The notes under the pieces were generated by a model that saw nothing but the letters and a program-made list of their open reading frames with translations, did not search any database and had not been told where the DNA came from. Positions 19,877-29,359 of a stretch of 64,000 nucleotides of DNA are shown here, in pieces. Position numbers and translations under genes: made by a program. Each line of letters starts with the position of its first letter. Position 1 is the first letter of the stretch. Source of the DNA: an uncultured candidate division Zixibacteria bacterium (GTDB lineage: Bacteria; Zixibacteria; MSB-5A5; UBA10806; 4484-95); NCBI GenBank assembly GCA_963668625.2, contig CAXXKA010000009.1, forward strand, positions 23,462 to 87,461. Reading direction: 5' to 3'.

Positions 19877-20302
19877 ATGAAAAAAATTATCTGCATAATG
19901 CTCATCCTTACCTTTTCCAACCTGGTAATCGCTCGTAAATACTACACCTCGGATGATTACTATAAAGGCAAAATTGATGGCTCAAAATATGCCGAGGAAA
20001 ACTACTCAGGCGGAGGTTGGGTACCGCCCGGGTTTATCGGTGGATTCACTTTAAGCTTAATCGGAGCAGGATTAGCCCTGGGCGCCAGCCAGAAATTCTC
20101 GCTTGGACTCACCGATCAAGCTAAACTCGATATATCCCAGAAAGAAGAGGATTATCAAGCGGGATTCGAGGATGGTTACAAAGAGAAAGTCAAAAGCAAA
20201 AGGCTGGTGCCTGTAATTATCGGCAGCTTGGTTGGGATCGTTTTAGCGATCGGCCTGTTTTACGGCCTGGAGGAGGCAGGTGATGATGAGGATGACGATT
20301 AA
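19877..20302 (+). CDS. Hypothetical membrane protein
   Basis: Signal peptide, Gly-rich hydrophobic segment, C-terminal TM and acidic tail; GAGG SD. Confidence 0.65.
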   Translation: MKKIICIMLILTFSNLVIARKYYTSDDYYKGKIDGSKYAEENYSGGGWVPPGFIGGFTLSLIGAGLALGASQKFSLGLTDQAKLDISQKEEDYQAGFEDGYKEKVKSKRLVPVIIGSLVGIVLAIGLFYGLEEAGDDEDDD

Positions 20303-20376
20303 CAGCCACTCATATAACTATACCATTCAACAGGTTAACTTAATTTTCAGAAATATTGAAATTTCCTGAAACACCC

Positions 20377-20392
20377 TACGAACTATTTCGTA
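20377..20392. promoter_or_regulatory. Palindromic operator for the BlaI-like repressor
   Basis: TACGAA-ctat-TTCGTA inverted repeat about 50 bp upstream of the repressor gene. Confidence 0.65.
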
Positions 20393-20444
20393 ATTAATAT
20401 AGAGTGTATAACGAATAATATCAATTTTAAAATAAGGAATTATC

Positions 20445-20825
20445 ATGGCTCCAAGTCCAAACAAACCAACATCAGCTGAACTTGATATTCTCCGGGCGCT
20501 TTGGAAAATCGGCCCTTGCTCGGTTAAGGATGTCCAGAATTTTCTTCAGGATGAACGCGGCTATACGACTATATTAAAACTTCTACAGATTATGACAACC
20601 AAGAAACTGGTAAAACGCGTAAAAAAGGATCGTGCCCATATATATCAGGCCTCATACAGCGCCGATCAAACCCAGCGCAGTATGATCTCGGATTTGCTAA
20701 ATCGGGTTTTTGATGGTTCCTCGAGCAAACTTGTCATGCAGGCGTTATCAACCAGGAAAGCCTCGAAAGATGAGTTGGCGGAAATCCGAAAGATGCTCGA
20801 TAATTTAGAAGGAGATTTAAAATGA
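20445..20825 (+). CDS. BlaI/MecI/CopY family repressor
   Basis: AELDILRALW, GYTTILKLLQIM, FDGSSSKLV. Confidence 0.93.
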   Translation: MAPSPNKPTSAELDILRALWKIGPCSVKDVQNFLQDERGYTTILKLLQIMTTKKLVKRVKKDRAHIYQASYSADQTQRSMISDLLNRVFDGSSSKLVMQALSTRKASKDELAEIRKMLDNLEGDLK

Positions 20826-23323
20826 TCGATTCAATCATTCAAATGATTAAACCGATTGCCATCCCCATCTCCTGGACTCTCATCCATTCGCTCTGGCAGG
20901 CATTAGTTATAGCGGTGGTGCTTACCCTGGCGTTGTATATTTTTCGACGCTCAAGTTCCAGATTCAAATATATTCTGGCGCTGGGCGCGCTGGGAACGAT
21001 TCTTCTGGGTTCGATCTCGACTTATTATCTCTACTCTGTTGACCATGAATACGCAAAAATGTTAAAAACCGAGACAATCACTCCGGTAACTACCGCTTCG
21101 GCTTTGATCGGCCTCGAAGAACCGGCAGTGGCGGAGACGCCATTCGAGGGAAACTCCGTTTCTGTGAGCTCAAACGGCTATGACGCTCTTATCTGGTTGT
21201 TCGTGCTCTGGGTGGTCGGCGTACTTACGCTTACTATATATAATTTCATCAGTTGGCAATGGACACGTTATTTCACCACGACATTGATACAGCCGATTTC
21301 GGAGAAATGGCAGGAGCGTTTCGATGATCTGTGCTATCGTCTTAAAATGGATCGAGCCGTACGGCTGATAGAGTCCAAATTGATACAATCACCCTGCGTA
21401 ATCGGTTGGTTCAAACCGATTATTCTGGTACCGTCCGGAATATTCACGGGATTCAATACCCAGTATCTCGAGATGATTTTAACTCACGAACTGGCGCATA
21501 TCAAAAATTACGATATCCTGATAAATTATTTCCAGAAATTCATCGAGACATTATTATTTTTCAATCCCTCGGTCTGGTGGATATCCAGGAAAATCAGGTT
21601 CGAGCGTGAACATTGTTGTGATGACCTGGTGGTTTCAACATATAACGATAAATTGAAATACGCCCATGCCCTGGCCGATCTCGAGCAGTTCCGGCAGAAA
21701 CAATTCGGTTTCGCGATGGCGGCCAGAGGCGGCTCTCTAATCGGTCGTATAAAACGGCTTATCGGTAAATCGGAAAAATCGAATTACCGTTCGGGTCTGG
21801 GAGCGGTGCTGGTAACAGCTTTCTCGCTCATGCTGATTGTCGGGATCTGCCTGTTTGCGGTCGACGATTCCGAGGTAGCTATAGCTCAAACATCGAATAC
21901 CAATCTTCTGAACATACCGCCGGAGAATTACACTTTGAAAGGTTATTGGGATATGGCCTGGTACGGCGACAAAGTCGATATTAAAATGAGTTTCCGCAAT
22001 AGCAACCAGTACGATCGAACGTTCTGGTACGATGAGTTAGTCGGTCTCGAAAAGGAACAAGATATCAAATTCACGATGGTGAAGGATGCCGGTACGGTAT
22101 ATTTCGAGGGTACCATGGATAAGATCGGCAATGAGTGCCTCGGCTCCGGTAATTGCTGGTTCGTAGCTAACATTGATTTTATTGATGAGATCGCGAAACT
22201 GGGCTATCGCAACTCCGGTGAATACGATAACGCACAGGATAAGCTTCTAAACCTGGCCTTATCGAACATGAGCCTGGAATACGCTCGCCAGATAAAGCAA
22301 TTGGGACATGACGATTTGACTATCAATGAATTAATCAAGCTGCATTATCATGGCGTGAGCGTGGAATATATCGCCGAACTGGAGCAAGTGGGCTATAGCA
22401 AGTTAACATCACGCGAACTTCTTAGAATGAAAGACCATGGCGTTGATGCTTATTTTATTTATGCCTTGCATAAATATGGCTATAATGAAATCCAAGTGGA
22501 TGAGCTCATTAAATGCAAGGATCACGGCGTCAACGCCAGGTTTATCGAGAAAATGATTGCCCTTGGTTACGAGGACCTTTCATTAACGGAATTAGTGCGG
22601 ATGAAAGATCATGGCGTGGATGGTGAATACGTAAAGAAGATATCCGAGAGCGGCTTGGAGTTTATCGAGGCCGATGAAATGGTGAAACTTCGAGATCACG
22701 GCATTGACCATGAATTCATAAAAGAAATGCAAAAGCTGAAAGGCAGCAATTTAACGCCCGAGGAATTGATCAAGCTTCACGATCATGGTGTATCCGCAAG
22801 CTATATCGAAACGATACATACCAGCGGTTATGCTAATTTTACTCCTCATGAAATTATCAAAATGAGTGACTATGGCGTAACCGGTGAGTTCATCAAACAG
22901 CTATCCGAAAGCGACTATGATTATTTCAGCGCGGATGAAATCGCCAAGATGTGCGCCTATGGGGTTAACGGTGATTTTATTGAGGCGCTGGCCAGGTGTG
23001 GCTATGATAATTTAACCGGCAACGAGATTGCTAAAATGAGTAGCTACGGCGTCAATGCCGATTATATCGAAGAAATTAAAAAAAGCGGCTATGATGATTT
23101 AACACCACAGGAATTGATCAAACTTCGCGAATACGGCGTGAGCGGAGATTACTTGAACGCTCTGGCGGTTGTTGGATATAAAAAAATAGAGCCGGGAACA
23201 ATAGTCAAGATGCACAACTATGGTGTGGATGCCGATTATATCAAGGATGTTAACGAGGATTTGGGTAAAAAACTTTCGCCGGAAAAATTGATAAAATATA
23301 AAAACACCAGCTATTACAACTAA
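20822..23323 (+). CDS. BlaR1-like M56 metallopeptidase with C-terminal 29-aa repeats
   Basis: LIHSLWQ, HELAH, FFNPSVWW, EREHCCDD; about 12 repeats of the type ELIKxxDHGVxxxYI. Confidence 0.9.
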   Translation: MIDSIIQMIKPIAIPISWTLIHSLWQALVIAVVLTLALYIFRRSSSRFKYILALGALGTILLGSISTYYLYSVDHEYAKMLKTETITPVTTASALIGLEEPAVAETPFEGNSVSVSSNGYDALIWLFVLWVVGVLTLTIYNFISWQWTRYFTTTLIQPISEKWQERFDDLCYRLKMDRAVRLIESKLIQSPCVIGWFKPIILVPSGIFTGFNTQYLEMILTHELAHIKNYDILINYFQKFIETLLFFNPSVWWISRKIRFEREHCCDDLVVSTYNDKLKYAHALADLEQFRQKQFGFAMAARGGSLIGRIKRLIGKSEKSNYRSGLGAVLVTAFSLMLIVGICLFAVDDSEVAIAQTSNTNLLNIPPENYTLKGYWDMAWYGDKVDIKMSFRNSNQYDRTFWYDELVGLEKEQDIKFTMVKDAGTVYFEGTMDKIGNECLGSGNCWFVANIDFIDEIAKLGYRNSGEYDNAQDKLLNLALSNMSLEYARQIKQLGHDDLTINELIKLHYHGVSVEYIAELEQVGYSKLTSRELLRMKDHGVDAYFIYALHKYGYNEIQVDELIKCKDHGVNARFIEKMIALGYEDLSLTELVRMKDHGVDGEYVKKISESGLEFIEADEMVKLRDHGIDHEFIKEMQKLKGSNLTPEELIKLHDHGVSASYIETIHTSGYANFTPHEIIKMSDYGVTGEFIKQLSESDYDYFSADEIAKMCAYGVNGDFIEALARCGYDNLTGNEIAKMSSYGVNADYIEEIKKSGYDDLTPQELIKLREYGVSGDYLNALAVVGYKKIEPGTIVKMHNYGVDADYIKDVNEDLGKKLSPEKLIKYKNTSYYN

Positions 23324-23692
23324 TAGATCAGATTGATCAACATCAAGCTGCCATTCCGGCCCATGAGAGTTACATCCCACTAATGAGAGAACCGAAGTGG
23401 TAAAGCATCAGTAGGTCAGCGAGCCGTGGCTCCTGGCTAACCCGCGTTGAAAGAGGCAGAGCACGAACAGACTATCGGCATAACTTATGTAAAGCAGCGC
23501 ATCTTAACGAGTGGCACGAGAGAACAACATATCACTGTAAAACCGAATAGTCCTCCTCGAATAAATCAAAACCCGTTTTTCAATCGAATCAATAAATATT
23601 GACATACGATAATGCATACGCTAAAATAGCCGAGTTCGATTTAAAATTACAGATTGTTTTCAATTTACCGACTTGTTCATGAGGTATTAACA

Positions 23693-24196
23693 ATGGCAGA
23701 TGATATCAAGGAGAAAGCCCCGATCTGGTTTCCTATCGCGCCGATTGTAGTGTTCGTATGTGTGTACTGCATGCTTTTGCTTGGCGGCAAAATCGTGAGC
23801 CGGCTCAATCTAACGGATGATTTTAACCTCCCCTATTTCGCAGGCTATATGATTGGCGTTCCCCTGGTAATTGTCGGACTGGTATTTTTCTTGTGGGGAT
23901 TCGTGCAGCTTCGGCCGGCGGCGGCAATCGGCTTTGCCAGGAAACTTCGCGATACCGGGGTCTATGGTTGCTGCCGTAACCCGATGTATTTCGGATTGAA
24001 CGCCGTACTCTGGGGAGTCGGCCTGTCACTGGGCAAGCTTTCAATCCTGATCGCGGCGTTTATCTGGTCTATGCTGAATTTCCTGAGTGTGACATTATGG
24101 GAGGAAAAACAGATGCTGGGGAAATTCGGTGACGAGTATATCGACTACAAAAAGCGGGTACCCAGGTTCATTCCAATAAAATTCAGACGAGGGTAG
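23693..24196 (+). CDS. Isoprenylcysteine carboxyl methyltransferase/PEMT family protein
   Basis: GVYGCCRNPMY, EEKQMLGKFGDEYIDYKKRVPRFIP; GAGG SD. Confidence 0.85.
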   Translation: MADDIKEKAPIWFPIAPIVVFVCVYCMLLLGGKIVSRLNLTDDFNLPYFAGYMIGVPLVIVGLVFFLWGFVQLRPAAAIGFARKLRDTGVYGCCRNPMYFGLNAVLWGVGLSLGKLSILIAAFIWSMLNFLSVTLWEEKQMLGKFGDEYIDYKKRVPRFIPIKFRRG

Positions 24197-24443
24197 AAGC
24201 TGCCTGTCATTGTGAGAGAGCGAAGCGGACGAAGAAATCCCTCGAATAGCATACGCCGGCTAATGAGGTACTCCCCCCTGGTTCCAAAGCGCTGCTTTAG
24301 AACCAGCTCGTATTCGGTAACATCATTTAAATTCTACTGTAAATCGGCAACATTACGAAACGGCGCTTCGTAACGAGAGGCAGGATACACTACACTCCAC
24401 CACCGTTTCCCCGAGGTAACAGGAATCCTTAGTTGCGATGCCC

Positions 24444-24520
24444 GGAATCCTTTCCTGACACCTGATTACATGCAGGATTTCGCCGGAAAAGGATGAACAA
24501 AGGACTTCGTCCGCCCAACG
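24444..24520 (+). repeat. Family D REP-like repeat, copy 1
   Basis: ggaatcc-ttcctgacacc...gatgaacaaaggacttcgtccgccca is shared with 33569-33651. Confidence 0.7.
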
Positions 24521-24534
24521 AGTGGAATTATGTG

Positions 24535-25182
24535 CTATCCACTACCGCCGTTATTAAAATAATCCATATCCAGACATTTCAACTCGAACGATCTAACCGG
24601 CGATACCCCTACGTTGAAATCGATCATCATGTTGGCCAGCTTTAAGCCGTCTATAAGCACGATATTGATATCGATGCTGGAGGCGTAGAGTATCGCCTCG
24701 GAGGAGAACTCGGAGGTGGTGATAAACACTCCCTTACGCGCACGCTTACCCTGCAACGCTCCGGCGAATTTCTGTATCTCGGGACGGCCAACAGTACCTC
24801 GCCATCTCTTGGCCTGTATGTAGATAACATCCAGCCCCAGTCTATCCTCGTTGATTATACCATCGACGCCCTCATCATAGCTCCCGCCCACAACCTGCCC
24901 GGCCTCCTCCCGCGATCCGCCATAGCCCATTTTCACCAACAGATCGACCACCAGTTTCTCGAAATAATCCGGTGGTATGGTTTTCACGTACTGCAGTATC
25001 TCATCGATGAGCGCTTTTTTCGCGCCCTGGTAGAGAAGGTCAATCAGCTCCTCGGGATTATTACCGCCCTTGATCACCTCGATATCCGAGGCGCAATCTA
25101 AAAGCGCAATCTTAAACAACTGATGTTCCGGTTTGGATATAGACACTTTGCTGACCTTTAGAGAAGGACCAAAACAACTCAA
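24535..25182 (-). CDS. mrr: Mrr-family type IV restriction endonuclease, catalytic domain only
   Basis: FEKLVVDLLVKMGYG, DEGVDG, YIQAKRW, GRPEIQKFAGAL; no N-terminal wHTH domain. Confidence 0.8.
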   Translation of the reverse strand: MSCFGPSLKVSKVSISKPEHQLFKIALLDCASDIEVIKGGNNPEELIDLLYQGAKKALIDEILQYVKTIPPDYFEKLVVDLLVKMGYGGSREEAGQVVGGSYDEGVDGIINEDRLGLDVIYIQAKRWRGTVGRPEIQKFAGALQGKRARKGVFITTSEFSSEAILYASSIDINIVLIDGLKLANMMIDFNVGVSPVRSFELKCLDMDYFNNGGSG

Positions 25183-25352
25183 TCACATACAGGAATAATA
25201 TAAGGTATATAGAACTAGATGTCAATGAGAATTTTATTGTAGCGGTTGAATGATAACCGTAAATCAAGCCTACTGAGGGCTTGACTAACACGCGCTTGAT
25301 ATAAAACTCAGTGATTGGCGGATATCCTGAGGCTTTTTAAATCGGACGGGAC

Positions 25353-25600
25353 GTAGGTCGGTGAGCCGTGTCCCGTAGGGGTGGCTGCGCCAGCTCCCGA
25401 CACGGGGTGGGGATATGCGCTGGTTCGAGCCTATCCCTATCGCCTGGCGGTTCCTCTGGAGCTACAGCTCCAGCATTTAGGCCCTGTGGGCTGGGTTACT
25501 CGGCTGCCCGCCGGTGGTGGGATGATGGTTTGTGCTTTGCACTGGTGGCCCTTCTCGTTCCCAAACTCCGGTTTGGGAACGGGATTGCCTGCGCAACTCG
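25353..25600 (+). repeat. Composite REP-like mosaic (families A, C and B)
   Basis: GTAGGTCGGTGAGCCGTGTCCCGTAGGG matches 27792; ctcgttcccaaactccggtttgggaacgggattgcc matches 26961 and 27321. Confidence 0.8.
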
Positions 25601-25995
25601 TAGGTTATATGTTCATTCACCGGGATGGGAAGCAAGAGAGAATGAATACTATGGAGATTTCGGTGAATAAGGGGGAAAAACTGCTGGTGTTTCAACCTGC
25701 TCCGCTATATCGCCGGTCTAATATTTTTACCTACGTGTTCGAACTTTTTACACTAAGATGAATATAATATGACATACTGGGTAGGAGACTAGAATTTGTC
25801 GCAACGAGGTAGAAGTATTTTTTTTAAAACCTTCGAAAATCAATTTTATTATTCCGGTAGATTCGCGAAAGATATCGATAATCCCCACAACAATAAAAAA
25901 CTGTTATACAAATATGAAGCTTAAATTGCTATAACCACTTTTAATCTCATTTCCAAAACTTTATAAAAATCAAATTATTTGAAAGAGAGTTTGTT

Positions 25996-26898
25996 ATGCA
26001 AAATCCTAAGCTTAAAAACACTAAGTATGAATATAGTATTGAAAAGTTAAGATTTTATTTAAGTTATATATATCATAGATTCCTAGTATTATTTGAAACA
26101 AAAAATCCGAAAATAAAATTATTTTTGCTTAATAGTATTTATTCGTTTATAAATTTAATCTGCCTGTTTACCAAAAACTATGATCTAATCAAAAAGTTTA
26201 ATAAAATAAGCGACATAGATTATGCGGAAACAATATTTGGAAAATTTAATATAAAAAAATACACGACCGATTCGTTAATAGTTGCACCATCTTACGAGCG
26301 AAGAGACGTAGATTTTTTAATTAAAAAAGTATCTCAAGAAATACTTAACAAGAACAAGATTTTATTTTTAGATATTGGTGCAAGTTTTGGCTATTATTCA
26401 ATACTATTGTCGAATTATTTTGCAAATGATGAACTATTAAAAATATATAGTTTCGAGCCAATACCCAGTAACAGATCTTTATTTGAAAAGAATATCAAAT
26501 TAAATGATTGCAAGAATATAAAAGTATTCCCTTTTGCTATATATAATGAAAATGATATAGACATTTCTATGAAAATAGTAGAAGGAGCTAACTCACAAAG
26601 TCATATATCACTTGATATGCAAAATAATAATACAGAGCTGGTTAGAGCAAGAACTATAGATAGCCTGCTATTAAGTGAAGTAAATGATATTGATACTGTT
26701 TTTATAAAATTAGACGTAGAGGGATATGAAACAGAAGCCTTGATTGGCGCAAAGAATTTCTTAAAATTAAAGAAAAGAGTTTATCTGATGGTTGAAGATT
26801 TTTTAAACCATAGAGTTATAGAATTTTTGGAAAACTGTGACGCTACTTTCTTAGGGAAATTTAGTAATTACAACAGCTGGTGGAAGTTTCGGACATAA
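25996..26898 (+). CDS. FkbM family SAM-dependent methyltransferase
   Basis: LDIGASFGYYS, SFEP, IKLDVEGYE; visibly AT-rich. Confidence 0.9.
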   Translation: MQNPKLKNTKYEYSIEKLRFYLSYIYHRFLVLFETKNPKIKLFLLNSIYSFINLICLFTKNYDLIKKFNKISDIDYAETIFGKFNIKKYTTDSLIVAPSYERRDVDFLIKKVSQEILNKNKILFLDIGASFGYYSILLSNYFANDELLKIYSFEPIPSNRSLFEKNIKLNDCKNIKVFPFAIYNENDIDISMKIVEGANSQSHISLDMQNNNTELVRARTIDSLLLSEVNDIDTVFIKLDVEGYETEALIGAKNFLKLKKRVYLMVEDFLNHRVIEFLENCDATFLGKFSNYNSWWKFRT

Positions 26899-26960
26899 AT
26901 AGGGTTTGCTGAATAATTATGAACATCATAGTTTAGCGATAGATAGCTTTGTTCTGCCTC

Positions 26961-27919
26961 CTCGTTCCCAAACTCCTGTTTGGGAACGGGATTGCCCGAG
27001 AAACTCCTGTTTCGAATTTAAAAACGGGCGGGGCGCAAGTCGGTGAGCTGTAGCTCCCGACATGGGGCGGGGAAATGTGGCTGAGTCGAGCGTATCCCTA
27101 TCGCCTCGCGGCTCCTCAGGAGCTACAGCTCCTGAGCTACTCACCGGCCCGCATATAATGGTAGATAGCCTCACAATACCTCAGGAGGAAAGCGAAGCGA
27201 CATCCTGAGGTGCTGCCCGCCGGAGATGGGATTATGGTTTATGCTTGACTGCTGGTGGCTGAGCGTCAGGATGTCGTTCCTTCCCTCCTGACGCAGGTGA
27301 AGTAGTGGTTGCCAAACCACCTCGTTCACAAACTCCAGTTTGGGAACGGGATTGCCCGAGAAACTCCGGTTTCGAGTGGTAAGATTAGTATATTTGATTA
27401 GACAAAACAAAGTTTTTATCGCAAGTGGGTTCCCAAACTCAGTTTGGGAACCAGAGAAGAATCAAAACGGGTCGATCTTAGATCGCCCCCTACGAGTTCA
27501 CATCTTTTTTGACTCAGCTTGATAAACTGCGACATCCTCACGATACCTCAGGAGGAAAGCGAAGCGACATCCTGAGGTGCTGCCCGCCAACAGTGAGATG
27601 ATGGTTTATGCTTTGCTGCTGAGGGTCGAGCGTCAGGATGTCGTTCCTTCCATCCTGATACAGGTGGACATTACCAGTCATTGCGAGGACCGGAGGCACG
27701 AAGCAATCCGCCAAATAGCAATAGGCTGTTTCCTATATTGATAAGTCCCATAGTTAACAGACGATCTGAGGTTTGCTAAAACGGGCTGGGCGTAGGTCGG
27801 TGAGCCGTGTCCCGTAGGGATGGCTATGCCAGCTCCCGACACGGGGCGGGGAAATGCGGCTAATTCGCGCGTATCCCTATCGCCTCGCGGCTCCTCAGGA
27901 GCTACAGCTCCTGAGCTAC
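26961..27919 (+). repeat. Cluster of REP/REPIN-like elements (B at 26961, 27321, 27429; A at 27035 and 27792; C at 27176 and 27543; E at 27677)
   Basis: Several near-identical palindromic units visible directly; element A spans GTAG(27792) to CTAC(27919). Confidence 0.85.
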
Positions 27920-28007
27920 TTGGCTGACTATTGATATTTATATGGAGTTATTTTAACTTGACTTTATGGCAATGATTTATATTATATTGTTATCAACTAA
28001 AGTAAGT

Positions 28008-29273
28008 CACTAGTGTCCGGGCTTTGAGGCTGGCTTGACAGACCTCCTATAATAAGGGTGTAAACGCTAATTATAACACCTTTGTTTACAGGAGGTTAAA
28101 AATGCAAGGGAAGGTTACAATACTTCGCCAGATAACGCAAATGATTTCTCGATACGATTTCCAAAAAGCAGTTTCGACTGGCAAAGGGCGGCATTTCACG
28201 GTTTCTTTCGGCTACTGGTCGCACCTGGTGGCGATGATATTCGGGCAATTATCGGAGCAGCAATCGCTGCGTGATCTGGTCTTGAATCTTTCCCGTCAGG
28301 CGCATAGGTTTTACCATCTGGGTATGTCAAAGATACGCCGTTCGACTTTTTCGGATGCCAACAATCATCGGCCCTCGGCAATATACGAGAACTTGTTTTA
28401 CATATTATTGAATCGTTACGGTTGTCATTTTCAAGGCAAAAACCGGAAGCTGGGGAATAAATTATACTCAGTTGATTCGACGGTCATAGATTTGTGTCTG
28501 GGGTTATTTTATTGGGCTAAATTCAGAACGACCAAGGCCGGTGTCAAGCTTCATGTCAGGTTAAACCATGATGGTTACATCCCTGATTTTGCGGTTGTCA
28601 CCAATGCCAATATTCATGATTCCAGAGTCAGGAAGATGTTCAATTTACCGGCTGGCAGTATCGTGACTTTCGACAAAGGCTACAATGACTACAGTCTTTT
28701 CAAGTTATTAAATGATAAGGGGATAATCTTTGTCACGCGGCAGAAGAATAACGCTAAATACAAAGTAATCAAACGGTGTAGAACTAATCGTAAGCAAGGA
28801 GTCACCTCCGATCATTGGATTGAATTTACCGGTTTTTACTCCAAGCAAAAATGTTCGATTAGGCTGAGACGAATCCGTTATATCGATAAAGAAACCGGTA
28901 AAGTTTATGTATTCCTGACCAATGATTTCAAACATGCCGCCTCGACTATTGCCGACATTTATAAGCAGCGCTGGCAGATAGAATTGTTTTTTAAAGCGTT
29001 AAAACAGAACCTTGTGATCAAGACTTTCTGGGGTACCTCCAAGAACGCAGTATATTCCCAGATCTGGGTGGCTTTGATAATCTATTTGTTAATGAGCGCG
29101 CTGAAATACAAATACAAAATATCGGCCTCAGTTGGAAAGTTAATTCAGAGAATCCGGTCATTCGTGTTTGAAAAAGATGATGTCCTGAGATTCCTTAAAG
29201 ACCAAATACCAATCCCAATACAAATCGCTCAAACATCTCAAATTAACCTGTCCCTAAAGGCCGGACACTAGTG
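28008..29273 (+). mobile_element. Complete IS4-family insertion sequence
   Basis: IRL CACTAGTGTCCGG (28008) and IRR CCGGACACTAGTG (ends 29273); 9-bp direct repeat AAAGTAAGT at 27999-28007 and 29274-29282. Confidence 0.95.
28102..29271 (+). CDS. IS4 family DDE transposase
   Basis: DUF4372-like N-terminus, VDST, FDKGY, YKQRWQIELFFKALKQ. Confidence 0.96.
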   Translation: MQGKVTILRQITQMISRYDFQKAVSTGKGRHFTVSFGYWSHLVAMIFGQLSEQQSLRDLVLNLSRQAHRFYHLGMSKIRRSTFSDANNHRPSAIYENLFYILLNRYGCHFQGKNRKLGNKLYSVDSTVIDLCLGLFYWAKFRTTKAGVKLHVRLNHDGYIPDFAVVTNANIHDSRVRKMFNLPAGSIVTFDKGYNDYSLFKLLNDKGIIFVTRQKNNAKYKVIKRCRTNRKQGVTSDHWIEFTGFYSKQKCSIRLRRIRYIDKETGKVYVFLTNDFKHAASTIADIYKQRWQIELFFKALKQNLVIKTFWGTSKNAVYSQIWVALIIYLLMSALKYKYKISASVGKLIQRIRSFVFEKDDVLRFLKDQIPIPIQIAQTSQINLSLKAGH

Positions 29274-29359
29274 AAAGTAAGTATTAACTGAATTGAGTTT
29301 TAATAACATAAATAATTAAAGAGGTTGTGACATTTAGATTAAAGAACAAGGGGAATAAG

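Noticed and set aside
25368-27522. Short ORFs at 25368, 25381, 25477, 26926, 27171 and 27340
   Set aside because: They are translations of the palindromic repeats (e.g. LVPKLRFGN) with no protein motifs.
25350-27920. Possible CRISPR array or integron attC array
   Set aside because: Repeats belong to several families, spacing is irregular, there are no unique equal-length spacers, and no cas or intI gene is present.
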